DNA of 64,000 nt from Calditrichia bacterium (GTDB lineage: Bacteria > Calditrichota > Calditrichia > JAJRVZ01), in contig CAWCNS010000007.1 in assembly GCA_963796965.1 (NCBI GenBank), positions 320,001 through 384,000 of the forward strand, read 5' to 3'. A model generated the notes under the pieces. That model saw nothing but the letters and a program-made list of their open reading frames with translations, did no database searches and was not told the DNA's origin. This document shows, in pieces, positions 31,596-41,946 of the stretch (positions within the stretch are counted from its first letter, which is position 1; the number at the start of each line of letters is the position of its first letter). The translations under genes were made by a program, and so were the position numbers.

Positions 31596-33331
31596 CTATG
31601 GCATTTCTGACGTGGTCGACGTGACCCCCTCTTTGCTAAAGAACTTGATTACACCTTCAACAATAATCCAGGATACAATAAGGACAATGGCAGCATTAAT
31701 GATCTGCAATAGCAGGCTATTACTACTACCAAATTGAACCTGGTTCATTAAAGAAGCCCATAGAGTCATAACGGACATAAAAATGGCCGGAATACCGGGA
31801 ATTATCCATTTCCAACCACCATCACGACGTAAATAGAGTGTTGCCAAAATTAAGGCCAGAGCAGCCAGGGTTTGATTCACAGCCCCAAAAAGTGGCCACA
31901 ATGCTAAAGCACCCTTTCCGTCCGCACCGGAAGCAAATGCCAGGATAGACTGCTGTTACCACTGCAAAACCGGTTGCCATATGTCGATTTTTTAATTGTC
32001 CGATTTTAAGATCAGAACTGAGTTCACTAACCACATAACGTTGAATTCTTGTTGCTGTATCGAGCGTCGTACCGGCAAATGAGGCGACAAAAACCCCCAT
32101 AATAACCACTGCAACCCCATGAGGAATCCCGATAGTGGCAATCATATTGGCAGCACCTATCACAAAAGCGCTAATTTTTGAACCGAGGCCCGCTGCAGCA
32201 CTCCAGGAAGAATAATGGCTTGACCAGGCATCTATCCCCGTTAAAGTCTCTCCTCCGGCCGTGTATCCCATCCCGATACCGGCTGCCACAGAAATTATCA
32301 CTAAAGTTGCCAGACCGCCTTCAACGAGCATGGATCCATAACCGACAAATAATGAATCACTCTCACTACGCACCTGTTTGGCTGATGTTCCTGACGCAAC
32401 CAATGAATGGAACCCTGATATGGCACCGCAGGCAATAGTAATAAATAAAAAGGGCCATAACGGTGGTGCTTCCGGAGGTGAAAGTTGAACGGCAGGAGCA
32501 ATCATTTCCATGCCACCAAAAATCGTGGCTACAAATACCCCTCCTGCTAATAAAACCATGGCTATTATAAGTTGATAAGCATTAATAAAATCCCGGGGCT
32601 GAAGGAGCGTTGTTACCGGGAGAACTGAGGCAATATAAGCATAAATAAACAGAATGATTGTCCAGATACCAGTTGCAGGTATCCCCAGAACCTCAGGCAA
32701 TGTGATTGGCAGATAGCTGCCGAGAATCATGGTTAAATACATCATAGCAACGGCAATAATTGACCATACAAAGACATGCTGCCCTTTTTTATAGATCAGG
32801 CGTCCTAAGAATATAGCAATTGGGATTTGCAGCCAGACAGCGAGAACAGAGGTTGGGAACATGCTAAATATTATTGCTATGACCAGTCCAAAAATGGAAA
32901 TAACAATCCACAAGGTTAGAAAAACAATCAGAAAGAAGAATACACGTGTCCGACGGTTAATATATTTGGATGTGATCTCAGAGATGGACTTGCCTTCATT
33001 ACGCATCGATATGATTAAAAGAGCTAAAATCATGTACAGCACCCATGACCGCAGAACCAAGAAATACCCATATAATCGCTGGTATCCATCCCCAAATTAT
33101 GGCGATTGCTGGCCCAACGATAGGACCCGTACCTGCGATGGAGGTAAAATGATGTCCAAAGATAATCTCTTTTCGCGTGGGAACATAATCCACCCCATCC
33201 TCATAGGCAATTGAAGGAGGGATATTATCATCTGACAAACCAAATATTTTACGGCCTAGAAATCTACCATAGAGACGGTAAATGAAGATATAGCCGAAAA
33301 AAGTCAGAATAACGATCATTAATGTTAACAT
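31596..33331 (-). CDS. cstA: Carbon starvation protein A peptide/pyruvate transporter (split into three ORFs by two indels)
   Basis: DGVDYVP, FGHHFTSIAGTGPIVGP, LLQPRD, ITIACGAISGFH, GYGSMLVEG, TTLDTATR, WPLFGAVNQ. Confidence 0.92.
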
Positions 33332-33384
33332 ATTTATTTCTCATGTGTTTTTATAATATTTTAAAACATCATCAAATTATTGCA

Positions 33385-33456
33385 ATGTCATACTGAAAGA
33401 ATCCTCCGACTTGTTAAAAATGAGTAAATATAAAGGAAGATTCTTTCAGAATGACA
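33385..33456. repeat. GTCAT...ATGAC palindromic REP-like element
   Basis: tgtcatactgaaagaatc...gattctttcagaatgaca; relatives at 31381, 35107, 37718, 48157, 24892, 55880. Confidence 0.8.
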
Positions 33457-33480
33457 CTAATTACATGCACATTTAACTTA

Positions 33481-34479
33481 CTAAACAATTTCCCCAATAA
33501 AGTAAGATGGATGACCATTTTGATTTAAAAAGTCATAAAATCCCTGTGCATAGGCTTCCGGAACAATCATCACAAGACCAATCCCCATATTAAAAGCACT
33601 TCGCATATCATCAACAGGCACATTTCCCCATTCCTGGATCAGAGAAAATATCGGAGGAACCTGCCAGGCTGTCCAATCTACAGATAAATCTAAACTATCA
33701 CTCAAGATTCTCTTTGTGTTTCCTAATATTCCTCCACCGGTAATGTGTGAAATTCCGGAAACGGGAAAACTGCTCAGTGACAATTGTATAATATCCAGAT
33801 AACTCATATGTACTCTTAGTAATTCTTCGCCGATTGTATTGCCTAATTCGTCGATATGGCTATGCACATCATGATCTTTGAGAAGAACTTTTCTCGCCAG
33901 AGAATAACCATTTGTATGCAAACCATTAGAGGCAAGACCAAGTAAAACATCAGATTTTTTTATATGACTGCCCGTAATGGCTTTATTTTTCTCAACAACA
34001 CCGACAATTGTCCCGGAAAGATCATATTCTCCAGGCTTATACATATCTGGCATTTCAGCGGTTTCCCCGCCAATAAGCGCACAATTGTTATTATTGCACC
34101 CCCTGACAAAACCTGAAACCACATCCTTAAACACCTGTGCCTCTAATTTTTCTGTTGCAAAATAATCAAGGAAAAACATCGGCTTCGCCCCACCAACAGC
34201 AATGTCATTTACACAATGATTAACCAGGTCCTCACCAACGGTATCGTGCTTGTCCATCATAGAAGCCACTTTTAACTTTGTCCCTACACCGTCCACGCTG
34301 GAAACCAATACAGGCTCTTCGTATTCGTCTTTATTAAACAAATACATTCCACCAAAACTGCCCAGATCAGTCAAAACATTCTGGCTATGTGTGGTACGAA
34401 CCATGGATTTTATATCCTGGACCGCTCGTTCCCCTTCTTCAATATTCACACCAGCATCTTTATAAGTCTGTACAGACAC
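33481..34479 (-). CDS. purM: Phosphoribosylformylglycinamidine cyclo-ligase
   Basis: YKDAGV, DGVGTK, GGETAEMP, GLHTNGYSL, HITGGG, FNMGIG. Confidence 0.97.
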   Translation of the reverse strand: MSVQTYKDAGVNIEEGERAVQDIKSMVRTTHSQNVLTDLGSFGGMYLFNKDEYEEPVLVSSVDGVGTKLKVASMMDKHDTVGEDLVNHCVNDIAVGGAKPMFFLDYFATEKLEAQVFKDVVSGFVRGCNNNNCALIGGETAEMPDMYKPGEYDLSGTIVGVVEKNKAITGSHIKKSDVLLGLASNGLHTNGYSLARKVLLKDHDVHSHIDELGNTIGEELLRVHMSYLDIIQLSLSSFPVSGISHITGGGILGNTKRILSDSLDLSVDWTAWQVPPIFSLIQEWGNVPVDDMRSAFNMGIGLVMIVPEAYAQGFYDFLNQNGHPSYFIGEIV

Positions 34480-34500
34480 TTCTCCTCCTTGATTGAAAAA

Positions 34501-34622
34501 TAAGGTATAAGGTAAAAAGGCAAAAGGTAAAAGGCAAAAGGAAATCCCAATGACTAAATTTCAAAGAATAGGGATTGGGACCGTGTCATTGATTTGTCAT
34601 TTGGATCTTGGCATTGGACATT
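34501..34622. repeat. Heptamer-periodic repeat arms (aaaagg(t/c))n followed by ccaatgac...gtcattg
   Basis: aaaaggcaaaaggtaaaaggcaaaagg array; gtcattgatttgtcatttggatcttggcattggacatt. Confidence 0.75.
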
Positions 34623-34656
34623 CTTAAAAATGAAATCCTTTATTTGTTTGAAACAC

Positions 34657-35067
34657 CTAGTGAGGCAAGTGTTCTTTAAACCGATAATACAAATATGCGC
34701 CAATAATTGCCCCGAGAAGGGTGAAAATTGCCGGATAGGCCCCTGCCCCAATTTGGGCAAAGATTGGTCCCGGGCAGGCACCGGTGATGGCCCACCCCAC
34801 GCCGAATATCAACCCCCCAATGACAAATCCTTTATTATAAGCTTTACCGTTAAAGTTTAATTCCTGGCGGTCAATGGACTTCAATTTGGTTTTCTTGAGT
34901 ATCAATACGGAAATGGCACCCACAATGACGGCAGAACCAATGATTAAATACATATAAGGTTCATTAAAAAGAAACATTTCCCGTATCCTAAACCAGCTGA
35001 TTACCTCTGATTTAGTTAAAAGTATGCCAAAAAGCGTCCCGAAAACGATGTATATCAGGTTCTTCAT
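34657..35067 (-). CDS. YeeE/YedE-family (half-size) sulfur-compound transporter subunit
   Basis: GGLIFGVGWAITGACPGP motif, four TM segments. Confidence 0.9.
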   Translation of the reverse strand: MKNLIYIVFGTLFGILLTKSEVISWFRIREMFLFNEPYMYLIIGSAVIVGAISVLILKKTKLKSIDRQELNFNGKAYNKGFVIGGLIFGVGWAITGACPGPIFAQIGAGAYPAIFTLLGAIIGAYLYYRFKEHLPH

Positions 35068-35076
35068 ATTTTCTCT

Positions 35077-35314
35077 CCACGAATTTCACGAATTTTTTAT
35101 TTGTTATGTCATTTCTTCGGAATCTTTCAACATGCAGGAATTGAATCAACAAGAAGGAAGATCTTATCCCGAGACGCGATCCCTTCCGGGACGGGATGAC
35201 AGCAATAATAATTTCTGAAAATTAAAATTCAAATATAAATGATTTAAGAAGTATTCATATATCATTTTGTCTTTTTTCGTTTGTCTTATAAGCGCTGCGG
35301 CGCTGCGCGAAAAT
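35077..35314 (-). repeat. Composite repeat of about 240 bp, copy 2 (inverted)
   Basis: Reverse complement of 31261-31505, including the AT-rich internal spacer. Confidence 0.92.
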
Positions 35315-35331
35315 AAAACATGGAATTACGA

Positions 35332-35808
35332 TTAAAATACATAGACGACTAATGATGTATATACAACTCCACCGGTAAAAAAGGCGATGGTTGCTTTTAA
35401 ACTGGCCAAATTAAGCAATGAGAGCCCCGTGATGGCATGACCAGAGGTACAGCCATCTCCATACCGGGTTCCAAATCCGATCAACACCCCACCGATGAGT
35501 AATTGCAAATAGCCCGACCAGTTATAATAATGATCAGGAAGGAATGATACAGGCTCGTTAGACAAAAAATTAGCCGATATAAATCCACCGATAAAAATGC
35601 CGATGACAAAATAAAATTTCCAGCTCTGTTTTTTAAAATCGTAGTTTATAAAACCACGCTTACCTGATGGTAAAAGTGTGGCACAGATATGCTGGAAAGA
35701 TGATGATAGTCCAAATAATTTATTGCCAACTAGTAGTAATAATGGTACAAATAGACCAATAAGCGGCCCTGCTACATACCAATCCCAGCTACCAAGTATA
35801 TATTCCAT
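35332..35808 (-). CDS. YeeE/YedE-family (half-size) sulfur-compound transporter subunit
   Basis: W.WYVAGPLIG, GGVLIGFGTRYGDGCTSGH; start moved to the ATG at 35808. Confidence 0.9.
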   Translation of the reverse strand: MEYILGSWDWYVAGPLIGLFVPLLLLVGNKLFGLSSSFQHICATLLPSGKRGFINYDFKKQSWKFYFVIGIFIGGFISANFLSNEPVSFLPDHYYNWSGYLQLLIGGVLIGFGTRYGDGCTSGHAITGLSLLNLASLKATIAFFTGGVVYTSLVVYVF

Positions 35809-35827
35809 ATTATCCCCCAATTTTTTT

Positions 35828-36023
35828 CCCACGGATTTCACGAATTTCGACGAATTTCACAAATATATTTCACTTTGAAGTGCCCAAATTATGATCATTG
35901 GATAAAAAAATTAATTTTTAAATAATAATAACACAGGAAAAGTGTTTTTCGCAATAAACCACCACTCTAATATATGTTTATAAACTAATTCGTGAAATTA
36001 GTATTAATTAGTGTAATTCGTAG
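35828..36023. repeat. Inverted-arm repeat, (cacgaatt)n type
   Basis: ccacggatttcacgaatttcgacgaatttcacaaat ... aattcgtgaaattagtattaattagtgtaattcgtag. Confidence 0.8.
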
Positions 36024-36029
36024 AGAAAT

Positions 36030-36443
36030 TCATTTAATCTCAAACGAATACGTCATTTTTGCTGTTTTACCCATCATCGCTGCGGCAGAACAATATTTAT
36101 TCATCGATAGCGATATGGCGCGGTCCACCTTTTTCTCATCTAACTCTCCGGAAAGTATAAAATGAAGATTGATGTCAGTGAACACTGATATCGGTTCTCC
36201 CTTTTTACGCTGTCCATCAACAAGAATTCTTATATCCTTTAAAACTTGTTTTTGCTTTCTAAGAATCAGAATTACATCTATGGCACTGCAGCCCCCAACG
36301 CCCATCAACAGCATTTCCATAGGCCGTGCCCCGGCATCGTGGCCACCGATTTTTATTCCCGCATCGATATGAACAGGTACACCAGCTGCACCAAGGGCCT
36401 TAAAATGAAAATCCTGATCAATTCTTTGTAATTCTACTTTCAT
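36030..36443 (-). CDS. OsmC/YhfA-family protein
   Basis: GARPMEMLLMGVGGCSAIDV, LSMNKYCSAA with both conserved Cys residues. Confidence 0.92.
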   Translation of the reverse strand: MKVELQRIDQDFHFKALGAAGVPVHIDAGIKIGGHDAGARPMEMLLMGVGGCSAIDVILILRKQKQVLKDIRILVDGQRKKGEPISVFTDINLHFILSGELDEKKVDRAISLSMNKYCSAAAMMGKTAKMTYSFEIK

Positions 36444-36473
36444 ACCCTTTTAATTCCTCTTTGTTCAGGTTCT

Positions 36474-37634
36474 CTACTCTAATGCTTGTATGATATCAGA
36501 TTTAATATCATTAATATCTTCCAGGCCAACAGAAATGCGTAAAAGACCAGGAAAAATACCCACTGAATTTCTTTCATTTTCTGATAATTTCGAATGGGTA
36601 GTTGAGGCCGGATGGGTTACAATCGTCCTTGTATCTCCCAAATTAGCCGTAAGTGATGCGAGACGGAGGTTATTCATAAATTTAACCGCTCCATCATATC
36701 CACCTTTAATTATGAAAGTTATAATACTTCCACCCTTCTCCATTTGTTTTATGGCCAGATTGTATTGTGGATGTGACGAAAGGAATGGATATCGGACCGA
36801 TTCCAAGGCATTATGGCCTTCCAATGTCTTGGCTAGTACAATAGCATTTTCGCAATGACGATCCATACGTACGGATAGCGTTTCCAGGCTTTTGGAAAGC
36901 ATCCAGGCATTAAAAGGCGATAAAGAAGGGCCTGTCTGCCGGGCAAAGAACCGGATCTCAGAGATGATATCTTTATCTCCAAGAACCACCCCGCCCATTA
37001 CACGACCCTGGCCATCCAGAAATTTTGTTGCTGAATGGGTAACTAAATCGGATCCAAACTCAACAGGGTTTTGCAGGAGAGGCGTACAAAAAGTATTATC
37101 GACGCTTAGGATAAATTTATACTTTTGCTTTAAATTCCCTGCTTCTTCAAGATCTACAATGTCCAAACCTGGATTGGAAGGTGTTTCAACAAAGAACATT
37201 CTTGTATTTTCCTGAATCGCCTCTTCCCAGGTTTCCGGTTTGTTGGGATCAACATAGGTATGTGAGATGCCCCAATTGGGAAGGATCTTGGTCAAGATCT
37301 GATGTGTTGAACCAAAAAGAGCGCGGGTGGCAAGAATATGATCGCCGGAACGCAATAATGCGCCAAATGCGCCAAACACAGCCGCCATACCGGAGGCAAA
37401 AGCAAAACCATCCTCTGTGTTTTCCAATTGAGACATTTTGAGGATAAATTCCGATACATTTGGATTGGTAAATCTTGAATAGATATTGCCCTCAATCTCG
37501 TCCGCAAACAGCGCCCTCGCCTGTTCAGCATTCTCGAAGGTAAAGCTAGAGGTCAGATAGAGTGGCGCACTATGCTCCCTGTTATGTGTTTGCTTAATCT
37601 GTTCTCGAATAGCTTTTGTTTTTTTGTGCTTCAT
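36474..37634 (-). CDS. metZ: O-succinylhomoserine sulfhydrylase (trans-sulfuration PLP enzyme)
   Basis: EHSAPLYLTSSF, YSRFTNP, ASGMAA, ETPSNP, HSATKFLDGQGR (PLP Lys), NLGDTRT; start placed at the ATG at 37634. Confidence 0.85.
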   Translation of the reverse strand: MKHKKTKAIREQIKQTHNREHSAPLYLTSSFTFENAEQARALFADEIEGNIYSRFTNPNVSEFILKMSQLENTEDGFAFASGMAAVFGAFGALLRSGDHILATRALFGSTHQILTKILPNWGISHTYVDPNKPETWEEAIQENTRMFFVETPSNPGLDIVDLEEAGNLKQKYKFILSVDNTFCTPLLQNPVEFGSDLVTHSATKFLDGQGRVMGGVVLGDKDIISEIRFFARQTGPSLSPFNAWMLSKSLETLSVRMDRHCENAIVLAKTLEGHNALESVRYPFLSSHPQYNLAIKQMEKGGSIITFIIKGGYDGAVKFMNNLRLASLTANLGDTRTIVTHPASTTHSKLSENERNSVGIFPGLLRISVGLEDINDIKSDIIQALE

Positions 37635-37904
37635 AATTTTTTCCTTTAAACTCAAAATCTCTTATATGAATTTGCGTCTTAATCTCCTGGATACCTGAGT
37701 GCTAATCCTCTCCGATAGTCATTCTGAAGGAATCTTCCTTCTTGTTAAGAAATAGTCTACACATTGGCAGGTCCTTACAAGGCGACAAACAATAAATAAT
37801 CTACATGAAATGAATTGATCTACATCACCTTGAGCATGGCGCATGGACTATATTTGGCGTTACTGTTTTACGCTATACTCCTTGCTCTCTGCGCAATGTA
37901 ATAT

Positions 37905-37940
37905 AAAAAAAGGTCTTCCAAAATAATGTTGAAAGACCTT
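37905..37940 (-). terminator. Attenuator terminator upstream of metZ
   Basis: On the minus strand: AAGGUCUUUCAA-cauuauu-UUGGAAGACCUU then UUUUU; 12-bp stem with one G-U pair. Confidence 0.85.
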
Positions 37941-37972
37941 AAAATAATATGCCAGACGTTATTATATGTCTT

Positions 37973-38029
37973 TCAATAGCAAAACATCATACACATCCCT
38001 TTTGACATACAACTGGTAATTTTATTCAT
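37973..38029 (-). CDS. Met/Cys-rich leader peptide MNKITSCMSKGMCMMFCY
   Basis: 18 codons plus TGA; 7 of the last 12 codons are Met or Cys; followed by antiterminator/terminator elements and a Met/sulfur gene cluster. Confidence 0.85.
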   Translation of the reverse strand: MNKITSCMSKGMCMMFCY

Positions 38030-38487
38030 AATAATGTCTCAATTTATATTCTAAGACGATGCGATTAATGGCATCGCAACCATTTTTTCCGTATTTAATA
38101 TTTACATAATTAATGGTGTAAACATATAATATTCCAACGCCCCGGTCAAATAATTTATTTCCAATCAGATATATTGCTAATATTAAACCTCTACAAGGTT
38201 TATTTTTGGTTTATATTATATGATCTACAATAGTATAACCGCTACGCGGTTAAGATTATTCAGGGAATAAATAATTTTCCCCATGAAGTAGAGCATTATT
38301 ATAATGATTTACACTACTGCATAGTAAATATATAGATCCAAATCGAATTTTTCTGAATCTTGTATCACGTATCCCTTATCGAGCAATACACCATAAAAAT
38401 CGCATATCCCAAATCTATTATCGCGTTTCACGTTTGACATTTCACATTTAACGTTTTACACCTTGCCTCTTTCGGCTTGCTTCTTGC

Positions 38488-38916
38488 TTAAAACACAAAC
38501 CTGATATTCAATCCAAAGCGGCTAACCGTAAAATTGGTATCATCAATAATTCTCAAGGAAGGCCGCCAATCCAAGCCAAGAGCAAGTGGAAAACCGGCAA
38601 AATGGTATTCGATACCCAATTCACTTGAAACACCCAGTTGAAAAGGATTTCCTAGCCAGGTAAATGCCCCTAAGCCAATATAATAATTGAAGGCTTCTTG
38701 CCCCAGTCTCCCATATAGGAAATCATATATGGCCTCAACACCCATTCCACCCCCAAATGACACATCAGCGTGAATGCGGCCGCCTTTCCAGCCAAAAACA
38801 CCATCAATGGCCACGTCATTGCCAACTGTATCGCCAAAGCGGATACCAACTTCCTGTGCCTGTGTCACTCCAGATAGGAATGTTAAACTTAAGACAATTA
38901 ATAATAGTTTTTTCAT
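38488..38916 (-). CDS. Small outer-membrane beta-barrel protein
   Basis: Signal peptide, amphipathic strands, LGLDWRP, terminal Phe. Confidence 0.75.
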   Translation of the reverse strand: MKKLLLIVLSLTFLSGVTQAQEVGIRFGDTVGNDVAIDGVFGWKGGRIHADVSFGGGMGVEAIYDFLYGRLGQEAFNYYIGLGAFTWLGNPFQLGVSSELGIEYHFAGFPLALGLDWRPSLRIIDDTNFTVSRFGLNIRFVF

Positions 38917-39217
38917 TTAAAAATTATTCCCCTCCCAATATAAACGATAAATCTACTAAGAATAATAGCTGAAATTTCATTATAGCCAGAGATATGAACC
39001 TGTCAATTTTAGAAAAGTAAAAGATAAATTGCAAAAATGACTATAGAATACATTAACCATTGGTTTGATAATTTCTTCATAGGAGATTGTTCCGTTTTTA
39101 TCACCCTCCCGATGTAAGGGCTGGAGGGAATTGAAAGTTTATTTTGCTCGATAATATAATGAATAGGCATGTGTTACATATCCTTTAATATTTGCGGCTT
39201 CACGCTTTTGCATGAGG

Positions 39218-39754
39218 CTATATAGTCATATTACCCAGTTGCTCCAGGTAGTGTTCTCGCACTTCGCCAAAGAATTTGACATTCATTTCTGCCTGATAGT
39301 CAGGATAAGTCCAGGAATTGGGGCGGTACTGTCCCTTTTTATAATGCATATGCACATCGCCAAAGATTCCCTGTCCCAGGTAAACACGATGGCTATAATT
39401 TTTTGTGGTCGCTAATACCAGTTTAGCCTGGGTAATATAGCCAGGATCGATATTTACCAACCTTTTTTCACCGGCGAAGAAGTCAGATTCGATTAAATTT
39501 GTAGTGATTTTTATTTTTGCCAGGTCAACCGGATCAATTAATTCAGAAAAAACAACAAAGAGCTTTTTCAGATCTTCTCCCATCTCGTTTTCATAATACC
39601 CTGTGAAAGATGAGAACTCATATGCTGGGGAGGTAAGTTCAATTGCAGAAAATTTTTCTTCCAGGATGGGATATATCTTTGTAGAATCAATTTCAGGCCG
39701 AAAAGTAATACCGGTAATGAGTTTAACAGGTAAGTGATATTGGATTTTTCCCAT
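39218..39754 (-). CDS. DUF4416-like conserved protein
   Basis: YYENEMG, R.VNIDPGY, LVLATTKNYSHRVYL, WTYPDY. Confidence 0.85.
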   Translation of the reverse strand: MGKIQYHLPVKLITGITFRPEIDSTKIYPILEEKFSAIELTSPAYEFSSFTGYYENEMGEDLKKLFVVFSELIDPVDLAKIKITTNLIESDFFAGEKRLVNIDPGYITQAKLVLATTKNYSHRVYLGQGIFGDVHMHYKKGQYRPNSWTYPDYQAEMNVKFFGEVREHYLEQLGNMTI

Positions 39755-39923
39755 GATAGTTGTGGTTCTATGTATTAGCTATAAGACTTAAACGCAAAGA
39801 ACGCAGAGTTATTATTTTTAGAATTTTCTCTATATACATGTCATTTATATTTTATCACAAAAAAATACTTTATAATACTATTTATGAGTTCGTTTTTAAT
39901 AACATGAGGATTGGACCTGAGTG

Positions 39924-39954
39924 GTTGCGCGGCGCGATGAATCGCGCCGTTACA
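39924..39954. repeat. REP-like palindrome (GTAACG...GCAAC type)
   Basis: cggcgcgat-ga-atcgcgccg hairpin; homologues at 51121-51148 and 38056-38081. Confidence 0.8.
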
Positions 39955-40063
39955 TTGAATGTACAACGCTACAAACGACATCTAAGTAAAAAATGCCAAA
40001 AATCTAAATTCAAATGCTAATTAAATTCCCAATTCCTAATAACGAATTACAAATTACAAATTT

Positions 40064-41855
40064 CTACACATCATACATCTTTTCAATCTGATCTGAAAAT
40101 TTCTCTATCACTACTTTTCTCTTAACCTTTAATGAGGGTGTCAATTCTCCGGTTTCGATAGAAAAGGGCTTATCGGCCAGAACGAATTCTTTAATCGTTT
40201 CATAACTCGCCAACGCTTCGTTGACATTGTCGATATCTTTACGAATCAGATTTTTAACATCAGGCCAATGGGTCATTTCGCTTACATCTTCATATGCTTT
40301 ACCCTGATCCTGTGCCCACTGCTCCAACACTTCAAATGCAGGCACTATAACTGCCGTACAAAATTTCCTTTGATCGCCAATGATTACAGCTTGTTCAATA
40401 TACTTGCCGGTAACTAACTTACTCTCAATCGGCTGAGGGGCAATATTCTTGCCACCTGAGGTGACTAGAATGTTCTTTTTGCGGTCGGTGATGGTCAAAC
40501 AGCCATCATCATCGATAAAACCGATGTCACCGGTATAAAACCAGCCATCAGCATCAATGGCTTCCCTTGTTTCTTCTTCTTTTTTAAAATATCCCTTCAT
40601 CACATGAGGGCCACGGGTGAGAATCTCACCATCATCAGCGATTTTAACTTCAATATTGGGAAGAACCGGTCCAACAGTTCCAAATTTAAAGAGATCTTCT
40701 TTGTTTACAGCAATGACGGGTGATGTTTCTGTTAATCCATATCCCTCATAGATAATTAATCCGGCAGCACCAAAGAACTCAGCGTATCTCCCGGGCCAAA
40801 GGAGCGCCCCCGGAGATAAAGAAACGCATGTTTCCACCAACACGCTCAGCTAATTTGCTGAATACTAATTTATAGGCCAAATTACGTTTGAATTTTAAGC
40901 CACCGCCAATCGCTTCTTTATTCATAATTTTATTGATGTATTCCCGGCCGACCCCGAGTGCCCAATAGAAAATCTTTCTCTTGATGGGAGATCCGATCTC
41001 CACATTTTCAATGATTCTGGCATATATTTTTTCATATAAACGTGGCACACTGGTCATGATGGTCGGATGCACTTCTCCCATGTTCTCAGCTACCGTATCA
41101 ATACTTACAGCGTACGCAATAATAGAACCACGGTAATTGGCCAGATAATGACCAGCCATCCGTTCAAAAACATGTGAAAGCGGTAAAAAGGACAGGAACA
41201 TATCATCCTCATCCACGTGTAAATGGGTTAACGAATTTTCCACATTGCTTAAGAAATTGCCATGGGTTAACATCGCCCCTTTCGGCTCGCCTGTTGTGCC
41301 GGAAGTGTAAATCAGGGTTGCCAGATCATCACTTTTTACCTTTTTTATTTCTTTTTCGACAAATCCTGAATTTTTTGCCAGAAACTCTTTCCCCTGGGAT
41401 TGAAGTTTCTCCAGGGTAAGAAACTGGTCTGTCGATTCCGCTGCATCAAACAAAACGATCGTTTTTAATTGTGGACATTTGCTTCGAATCGCCTCAACTT
41501 TCCCATATTGTTCCGGATCGGAGCAAAGCACAACCAGTGTTTCAGAATCATATAGAAGAAATTCTATCTGTTCGGGTGTCAGAGAGGGATAGATGGGTAC
41601 CGTTATTGCGCCTAATGAAAGTATCGCAAAATCTGAGAGAGCCCATTCATATCTGTTTGGTGAAAGAATGGCCACTTTATCCCCTGCTGATACGCCCGTC
41701 GAGGCTAAACCCGCAGCCACATTTTCAACGATTTCTTTTGCCTGAGTAAAGTTAATAGATAAGTATTCATTCTCAGGTTTAAACATATAGGCTGTACGAT
41801 CCCCCAATCTTTCAGCGGTACTAAAAAACATCTCTGCCAGATTTTTATGGCTCAT
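40064..41855 (-). CDS. Long-chain fatty-acid--CoA ligase (split by an indel near 40785)
   Basis: IYTSGTTGEPKG, FLPLSHVFER, SGGAPL, EGYGLTETSP, FYTGDIG, TPSLKVKR. Confidence 0.92.
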
Positions 41856-41946
41856 ATTGCCTCCAGGCTGTTATAAAAAGGTGGGATAAAAACAATAATA
41901 AGAAATATAGGAATGTGATGGTAATGAGTCAACAATAATGTGATTC

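Noticed and set aside
31356..35218. ORFs 31356-31568 (-) and 35024-35218 (+) with similar peptides (ESFxMQxLNxQEGRS)
   Set aside because: They are translations of the two copies of the 240-bp repeat, and the frame is not conserved between copies.
37635..38150. SAM riboswitch or T-box upstream of metZ
   Set aside because: No SAM-I core (ATC.AGAG...GGCAACC...GGTGC) or T-box motif seen; the leader peptide and attenuator explain the region.
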